Positions 58,474-64,000 of a stretch of 64,000 bases of DNA are shown piece after piece. How positions within the stretch are numbered: the stretch's first letter is position 1; each line of letters opens with the position of its first letter. Below the pieces are notes generated by a model. That model was not told the DNA's origin and searched no databases. It saw nothing but the letters and a program-made list of their open reading frames with translations. The position numbers and the translations under genes were made by a program. Source of the stretch: an uncultured delta proteobacterium (lineage in GTDB: Bacteria > Desulfobacterota > Desulfuromonadia > Geobacterales > Pseudopelobacteraceae); the NCBI GenBank assembly GCA_963772835.1, contig CAVYYZ010000024.1, forward strand, positions 1 through 64,000. The letters are read 5' to 3'.

Positions 58474-58909
58474 AATCTGTATCATGTCTGTCCTTCTGCT
58501 GATGAGTCTGCTGTACGCCTGCGCCAGTACCACCAGCCTGCCTCGTACACACCCCGAAGATGTCAGGACACCGGGTGCCGGTATGCCCGACTGTACGGCT
58601 TGCCATAGCGACTCATGGAGTGCCCTGAGCCACCGCGCCCCTGATTTTTTCAGTAAGCACCGCATCTATGCCGGTACAGCCCGTCAGGTCTGCAGTACCT
58701 GTCACCACGAATCGTTCTGCACGGATTGTCACGCTCACAAGGAAGAGATCAAGCCGAGTGATAAATTCAGCAATTCACCCGACCGCAACCTTCCCCATCG
58801 CGGCGATTATCTCAGCCAGCACAAAATTGACGGCCGTGTGAATCCGGTTTCGTGTGTCAAATGTCATGGACGCCAGAATAATGAGAGGTGTGTGTCATGC
58901 CACAAATAA
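58463..58909 (+). CDS. Pentaheme lipoprotein cytochrome c (ExtC-like)
   Basis: GTG start, LYAC lipobox, 5 CxxCH motifs. Confidence 0.9.
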   Translation: MKNKICIMSVLLLMSLLYACASTTSLPRTHPEDVRTPGAGMPDCTACHSDSWSALSHRAPDFFSKHRIYAGTARQVCSTCHHESFCTDCHAHKEEIKPSDKFSNSPDRNLPHRGDYLSQHKIDGRVNPVSCVKCHGRQNNERCVSCHK

Positions 58910-59832
58910 AAGCATCTCATCTGATCATCTCAATAACAATGGCCGTCGCACTTGCCGGCTGTGGCGACAAAAACGACAAATCGACATATTATTCAGACAG
59001 CGGCCATCCGTCAGGCTGGGCTGCGTCCCACAAAACTTCTGCCAAGACGGGCAGTGACGGATGCACAAAGTGTCATGGTGAGAACCTGACGGGAGGGATC
59101 GCGAAGGTCAGCTGCTTCAGCACGCCGCAAACCTCGCGCAGCGGCTTTGCCTGCCATGCCACGAACCCGATCGTCAACACTAACTGCTCCTCATGCCATG
59201 GCACACCGCCCAACGGCACCTCGGCACCCAATCGGGCTGGGGCCCATGCAACACACCTGGCCCTCGTCGGAGTAACCTGTGACTCCTGCCATAACGGCGC
59301 AGGATCAGGAACGGCAAACCACGCCAAAACTGTTACGGTTTTGTTGCAGGATTCCCTCAAGGCAAAGACGGTCACCACCACCTTCGCCTATAACGCCGCG
59401 AACGGAACATGTTCCGCCATCATTTGCCACGGCGGAGTGACGACCCCTAACTGGAGCACCGGGTCGATTACGGTGGCCACTGACTGCCTCAAGTGCCATG
59501 AGCAGGGCACTGCATCTCAGACCCCCCAGTACAACAGCTTCTTCTCGGGAATAAAAACCGGGGCCAATTTGCACATGCTTCATCTGCTACTGAGAATTCC
59601 CGGTACTGCAACACCCATTACCTGTACAGAATGCCACAACAGCTCAGCTCTTACAGGCCATTTCAGCGGGCTGGTCAGCCCCGTATTTGAGGGCACTGCC
59701 GCGAATTCCATCGGAGGAGCCGGCACCTTTGTTAACAATTATGTGCCGTACACCACTGCCGTACCTTCCGGAAGCTGTTCCAGTTCGTGCCATGTTGTCC
59801 TTTTCAATAATCCTCAGAACTGGATAAATTAG
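58897..59832 (+). CDS. Multiheme lipoprotein cytochrome c (CxxxxCH/CxxCH type, ExtD-like)
   Basis: LAGC lipobox; 5 CxxCH plus CX4CH, CX3CH and CX12CH. Confidence 0.88.
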   Translation: MPQIKASHLIISITMAVALAGCGDKNDKSTYYSDSGHPSGWAASHKTSAKTGSDGCTKCHGENLTGGIAKVSCFSTPQTSRSGFACHATNPIVNTNCSSCHGTPPNGTSAPNRAGAHATHLALVGVTCDSCHNGAGSGTANHAKTVTVLLQDSLKAKTVTTTFAYNAANGTCSAIICHGGVTTPNWSTGSITVATDCLKCHEQGTASQTPQYNSFFSGIKTGANLHMLHLLLRIPGTATPITCTECHNSSALTGHFSGLVSPVFEGTAANSIGGAGTFVNNYVPYTTAVPSGSCSSSCHVVLFNNPQNWIN

Positions 59833-59860
59833 GCTCCACGTTATCTGCCAATCAGCTCAA

Positions 59861-59903
59861 CACGAAAGCCCCTCTCATCCAATAAATGAGAGGGGCTTTC
59901 GTG
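59861..59903. terminator. Hairpin between convergent genes
   Basis: cacgaaagcccctctcat / atgagaggggctttcgtg, 18-bp perfect stem. Confidence 0.8.
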
Positions 59904-59925
59904 ATTAATGGATCTGAGGTTCGTG

Positions 59926-60303
59926 CTATTCTTCAGAATAATGTGAAGTCCTGCGCTGCCGTGCCCTCATCATTTTTACTGCCGCCGAAGGTTCGGCTTT
60001 TCGTTTGGCAGGGGCCGCAGCAGTTGACGAAGCCTTACGCGGTGACCGGGGTACTGTTTTTTGGATTGCTGCGGCACCTTTTCCCTGTACTGGCGGCATG
60101 CTCAGCGTGGCAGTGCCGGTATCGCCCTGTTCCGGATACAGAGATTGTGCCCTGTCCCGATAGCGGAGAGGGATTTCATACTCTTTATTCGTGTAATGGG
60201 CAACACCTTTTGAATCGATATATCTGTACACCATCCCGTGGGCAGGTGATGACAGGAGTATCAACGCAATCAGTATCCGTATGTTTCTTTTCACGATGTT
60301 CAT
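59926..60303 (-). CDS. DUF4124-like exported protein
   Basis: Signal peptide, then VYRYIDSKGVAHYTN...IP.RYR. Confidence 0.75.
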   Translation of the reverse strand: MNIVKRNIRILIALILLSSPAHGMVYRYIDSKGVAHYTNKEYEIPLRYRDRAQSLYPEQGDTGTATLSMPPVQGKGAAAIQKTVPRSPRKASSTAAAPAKRKAEPSAAVKMMRARQRRTSHYSEE

Positions 60304-60348
60304 ATATCCCTGTATTTCATTGATACCTGTCGATCGGATGAAATCGTA

Positions 60349-61062
60349 TCACTTCCCTGAGCGAACCGGCCATACCGAACAGCTTGTGCCCTTCATAATG
60401 TTGTTCACCGTGCTGCCGTCCGCCATGTTTACCGTCCAGGCAATCAGCTTGTCAGTTGCATTGATGTCAGATGACCAGTAGCAATCAGCCTGTACATTTG
60501 TAAAAACATCACTGTTAAGACCTTTAGAGGGGGTTTTCCCTCCATATAACGATAATGATTTAAGTTCACCCTTCGTCGGCAGCCGCCAGTCGGAGAAACC
60601 TGCATAGGTAAACTCTTTTGCCATGTTCATAGCCGCCTGCCAATCCATTTTACCGCCTTTGCCGGCATCTCTCACCATCATCAACCCGGTGCCGAGGTCC
60701 TGTACCACCAACCCGTCTTTGGATGGTACAAATAATACAGCCAGCGGTTGCGGCAGTGTCATGGTTTGTCCTTCAGTTCCGCTTGTAATCTTGAGTGAAT
60801 GCGATCTTGTTGTGGTATCCAGGTATGGAATCAGTTCGTACTCTGTTGCCGGATTCAACTTTTCGAGCCGGAATTTACCATCCGCTCCGGTAACAGCCTC
60901 CAGAGCTTTGGTATGCTGAACCTGCCTGGCAATGACTCGCACCCCGGCCATTGGCTGTCCCGTGCCGTCAATTATTCTCCCCTCCAGTGCCGATTTTTTC
61001 CCGCACCCGAAGAGACATGTCATCACCGTTAATCCGGCAATAATAACGCTTGTTACTCTCAT
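60349..61062 (-). CDS. Lipoprotein with carboxypeptidase-regulatory-like and DUF1566 (Lcl) domains
   Basis: LFGC lipobox, V.D..TGLM, W..A, GFSDWRLPT..EL, YWSS, VR. Confidence 0.85.
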   Translation of the reverse strand: MRVTSVIIAGLTVMTCLFGCGKKSALEGRIIDGTGQPMAGVRVIARQVQHTKALEAVTGADGKFRLEKLNPATEYELIPYLDTTTRSHSLKITSGTEGQTMTLPQPLAVLFVPSKDGLVVQDLGTGLMMVRDAGKGGKMDWQAAMNMAKEFTYAGFSDWRLPTKGELKSLSLYGGKTPSKGLNSDVFTNVQADCYWSSDINATDKLIAWTVNMADGSTVNNIMKGTSCSVWPVRSGK

Positions 61063-61123
61063 AAACGACTCCTGCCTTGTAGGTATTTATAGCATCTAAA
61101 GCACATCGTGGAGATTAAATCTC

Positions 61124-61188
61124 AAAAAAAACCGCCTCGTACAGAGGCGGTGATCGTCAGTTAAGTGAGCGGGCCGTGCGGCCCGCTC
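61124..61188 (-). terminator. Two hairpins ending the decaheme cytochrome transcript
   Basis: gagcgggcc/ggcccgctc (61167-61188), then accgcctc/gaggcggt followed by U8 on the minus strand. Confidence 0.75.
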
Positions 61189-61215
61189 TGGTAAAATTAC
61201 AGGTCAATACGGTAC

Positions 61216-63378
61216 TTATTTACCACCCATCTGCGTGAAGTGGTCTTGTGCGCCTCGTTTATCGGCGTGACAACCGACGCAGGCGTTTTTAGCAACGCTG
61301 GTGGTTTTGTAAAGGATACCGGTGCCGCTGGTACCGGTGTGGCAGGTAATGCAGCGCGGAGCGCCGGTTATGCCGCCTACAGGAAGGAGACCGGTTGTTG
61401 CATCTCTGCCGGTGACAGTCGGCATTCCCTGTGGGTAGGTGACTTTCGACCAGTCTCGTGCGTTGGTAGTTCCATTATGCAGATCGCCCGTTTTGGTACC
61501 GGAGTGGATGGCATGCACCCTGTTGTCAAGCGGATCGGCATAATTACCGGACTTGTCATGGCAGGAAATGCACTCGTCGGTATTAAACGTGACCGAGTGA
61601 CGGGCATTATGAGCGATAAGGTTTTCTGCTCCATGGCAATTTGTGCAGTTGCTGCCGGAGATTTTCTGCTCTACCGTAGCCGTTCCGATCTGGATGGTTT
61701 TAACTGCAGAGACGGAGTCAATCTTGTAGTTGGTATCTGCTTTATAGCCGTAATTAGCAGCGATGAATCTGATCATGTAGGTACCGTTGGTCATACCGGC
61801 CGGGATGGTCACCTTGTATTTGAAACCTGTTGCGTCGGTGAGAACCTCGGGGTTTGTTGCATCAACAAACATGTCCTGTGCCTGAGCCGGAACACCGGCA
61901 GCAGAGAGAGTTCTCGCTGCTTTGGTCAGTACCGGTTTCGCGTTGGCACGAGGTCCATACACATAGAGTGCGGCTTTGCTGAGTGCCGTTGCTACGGTAG
62001 ATCCGGCAGCATGTTTCGCATTTGTGTAAATTGCAGGATTAACAGCAGAACCATCAAAATTCGTCAAGGTGACTGTGATCGTCGGAGTTTCTCCGGCAAC
62101 ATACGATGTTCCTGCCGGTGCATCAATAGTCAGAGTTGCTTTGTATTCCGGAACATCTGCGGTTGCTGGAGCCGGGGTGTGCTTTGCAACAATATATGCG
62201 GCGTCGTGGCAGAATACGCAACTACCGTTAGTTCTGGGCCCACCGATATTAGATGGTCCATGACCGACACCGGTAGCGAAGTTAACAGTGGTGTGGCAGC
62301 TGCTGCAGATTTCCGCAGTCGGATTGGTTTTCCAGTTGTCAATCTTGTCGCCGGAGAGAAGATTTTTCCCGCTGGCGGTGTGACAGACGACACAGTTACT
62401 GATGGCCTGAGGATAGGTAACATCCACATATCCGGCGCCCAGGATACGGGTAGGGAATGCGGCGACCGGAAGCGCGGCATGGATCTTGTGAATGAAGAGA
62501 GGCAGATAGACTTCTGCAGCAGGTCCGCCCAGCGGATTGTGACAGACTATGCATGCCAGAGTGTCCAGATAGCTGCTGCCATGGGCCGTACCGTTCATCG
62601 CGGGGCCGTGACATTGTTTACAGGCCTCGATGGTTACGAACTGTTTCTGTGGTGCGTCCTTCGCAACGGCGACGGTACTAGGGGCGGGAACAGTGAAATC
62701 CTGAATTCCGGCTGCTCCGTTATATCCCGGATCAGTGGTGGAGGAGGCGGAGATGCGGACAAACACGCGCTGGTTATGGAGAGGGTTGTAGTCTGCGGCA
62801 TTCGCGCTGGAACCCTGAGCAACACCGAAGGCGCTGGGGAAGGTGGCGATATAATTGCCGCTGGCGGCTCCGGTCGTGTCAAAGACAACGGTGGGGTTGT
62901 ATGCCCAGGTTTCGAAATAGTCGCTGCCCCATGTTCCGAAGCTCACTGTAGGAGTGAAAGCAGGAACCATGTCGGCCATGTAGAGGCGGACACTGCTGCT
63001 TGTGAGGGTCGTGTAGTTGGCAGCACCTTTCTTGACATTGAAAGCCACCTGGGGAAGGCCAGCGGCGGTTGCCGAGACGACGATATTTGAGATAGTTAGG
63101 AAGTTCTCTTTCAATCGCGGCAAGGAACGAGCGTTGGTCGTAGTGTCAATGACAAAATCGTGCATTGAGGTGATGTTCGCAACATCTGTTGTGTTATGGC
63201 ACACCAGGCATGATTCACTGGTGAGTGTAACGGGGCCGGCAGGACCTGCAGGACCTGCAGGACCGGTTGCGCCGGTCGCACCATTTGATCCGTCACTGCC
63301 GCTACAGCCGGCAAGCATAAATGCTGCGGTCGATATCGTTGCTGTCAATAAAGCCAGTCTTCTAAACGTCCCTTTCAT
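61216..63378 (-). CDS. Decaheme outer-surface lipoprotein cytochrome (OmcA/MtrC-like)
   Basis: LAGC lipobox, GXY repeats, 10 CxxCH motifs, IHKIH, YPQ..NC..CH. Confidence 0.88.
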   Translation of the reverse strand: MKGTFRRLALLTATISTAAFMLAGCSGSDGSNGATGATGPAGPAGPAGPVTLTSESCLVCHNTTDVANITSMHDFVIDTTTNARSLPRLKENFLTISNIVVSATAAGLPQVAFNVKKGAANYTTLTSSSVRLYMADMVPAFTPTVSFGTWGSDYFETWAYNPTVVFDTTGAASGNYIATFPSAFGVAQGSSANAADYNPLHNQRVFVRISASSTTDPGYNGAAGIQDFTVPAPSTVAVAKDAPQKQFVTIEACKQCHGPAMNGTAHGSSYLDTLACIVCHNPLGGPAAEVYLPLFIHKIHAALPVAAFPTRILGAGYVDVTYPQAISNCVVCHTASGKNLLSGDKIDNWKTNPTAEICSSCHTTVNFATGVGHGPSNIGGPRTNGSCVFCHDAAYIVAKHTPAPATADVPEYKATLTIDAPAGTSYVAGETPTITVTLTNFDGSAVNPAIYTNAKHAAGSTVATALSKAALYVYGPRANAKPVLTKAARTLSAAGVPAQAQDMFVDATNPEVLTDATGFKYKVTIPAGMTNGTYMIRFIAANYGYKADTNYKIDSVSAVKTIQIGTATVEQKISGSNCTNCHGAENLIAHNARHSVTFNTDECISCHDKSGNYADPLDNRVHAIHSGTKTGDLHNGTTNARDWSKVTYPQGMPTVTGRDATTGLLPVGGITGAPRCITCHTGTSGTGILYKTTSVAKNACVGCHADKRGAQDHFTQMGGK

Positions 63379-63561
63379 AAAGCCTCCTTAAATTTTGTAC
63401 TGCTTCGGATGAACTGCGTTAACTGCCTGAAACAACGACCCTCCTTTCCGTATGATGGTCCTATTGCGCCACCTTTAATGTGGCCTGATTAGTACTGATT
63501 CAAAGTGAAAACGGGAAGTCTGTACCCCTCATGAACGTTACGGAAACCGGCTTTACGTGAA

Positions 63562-63589
63562 ACTTTACCTCGTAAAATATGCTTGTCAA
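63562..63589 (-). promoter_or_regulatory. Candidate sigma70 promoter of the decaheme cytochrome
   Basis: Minus strand TTGACA-N16-TAAAGT. Confidence 0.55.
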
Positions 63590-63815
63590 GCCGGGGAAGC
63601 AAAAAAAATTGCATTTTTCAAATATTTAATTGAAATGCGGGGGTACGTATATGCTGCTGCTCGCCGCGTGTAACAACTATTCGGTCAAAGCACGTAAAAC
63701 ATTCAAAAAAATGTTTCTTGGTACTGAATCGTATCTAACATGCCAACAAGCAAGAAATATTAAGAAGTTATTAAAAAACACTGGGGCCTATTAAATCCGG
63801 TTAAATGACGCATTG

Positions 63816-63831
63816 TGTGATCTGAATCACT
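63816..63831. promoter_or_regulatory. Dyad TGTGAT-N4-ATCACT
   Basis: Partner of 56755-56770. Confidence 0.5.
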
Positions 63832-63892
63832 AAACAGCATAAGCCGTGCCGGAAAACTGAATCTGTGGTGTAATGAACCTGTCCTGGTAAAA

Positions 63893-63936
63893 ACAAATAA
63901 AAAACGCCCTTTTTTCCGGTGCAGAGAAAAGGGCGT
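63893..63936 (-). terminator. Intrinsic terminator of the riboswitch expression platform
   Basis: acgccctttt / aaaagggcgt stem followed by a U-rich tract on the minus strand. Confidence 0.8.
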
Positions 63937-63960
63937 ATAAATCAAAACATTTCGCCCTCT

Positions 63961-64000
63961 TTCGGTGGCCCGGCTGTCCTTGGTCAGGACCCGTGGCTTT
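63961..64000 (-). ncRNA. 3' half of a GEMM-I (c-di-GMP-I / 3',3'-cGAMP) riboswitch, truncated by the window end
   Basis: Minus strand AAAGCCACGGGTCCTGACCAAGGACAGCCGGGCCACCGAA matches the P2 stem and P1 3' strand pattern of Geobacter GEMM aptamers; terminator follows. Confidence 0.75.

Noticed and set aside
61240..63090. 616-aa plus-strand ORF
   Set aside because: Antisense shadow of the decaheme cytochrome; no motifs and odd composition.
63731..63746. Sigma54 promoter TTGGCATGTTAGATAC on the minus strand
   Set aside because: The -12 GC is absent (AC).

Overview
Chromosomal segment from a Geobacteraceae/Desulfuromonadales-like bacterium (sfrBA, hgtR-like gene, porin-cytochrome genes, GEMM riboswitch). 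Bases ~890-11480 are an accessory defence island. It is a type I R-M locus (hsdR-hsdS ... hsdM; hsdR and hsdM carry many 1-bp frameshifts) whose hsdS-hsdM gap holds AT-rich cargo. The cargo is: (i) a translationally coupled pair, a HEPN-like protein plus a P-loop ATPase ending in an RNA polymerase alpha-CTD-like domain (best candidate for an undescribed anti-phage system); (ii) a degenerate copy of the hsdM 5' end; (iii) a DUF6933-like gene; (iv) a Fic toxin with a convergent, opposite-strand SxxxEG antitoxin; (v) a PD-(D/E)XK nuclease. The rest is core and respiratory genome: rpe, rsmB, htpX, rng, radA, sahR-ahcY, metK, galU, family-B DNA polymerase, sfrBA, fprA, a hydrogenase-like sigma54 activator next to hgtR, a HEAT/HD-GYP cluster whose phosphodiesterase has an RxxQ signature, a TusA-histidine kinase pair, two convergent multiheme cytochrome units with a shared upstream motif, and the 3' half of a cyclic-dinucleotide riboswitch at the window edge. 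Several intergenic inverted-repeat elements are present. No rRNA, tRNA, CRISPR array, integrase or transposase was seen. All family calls come from motif recognition by eye; no database searches were run.
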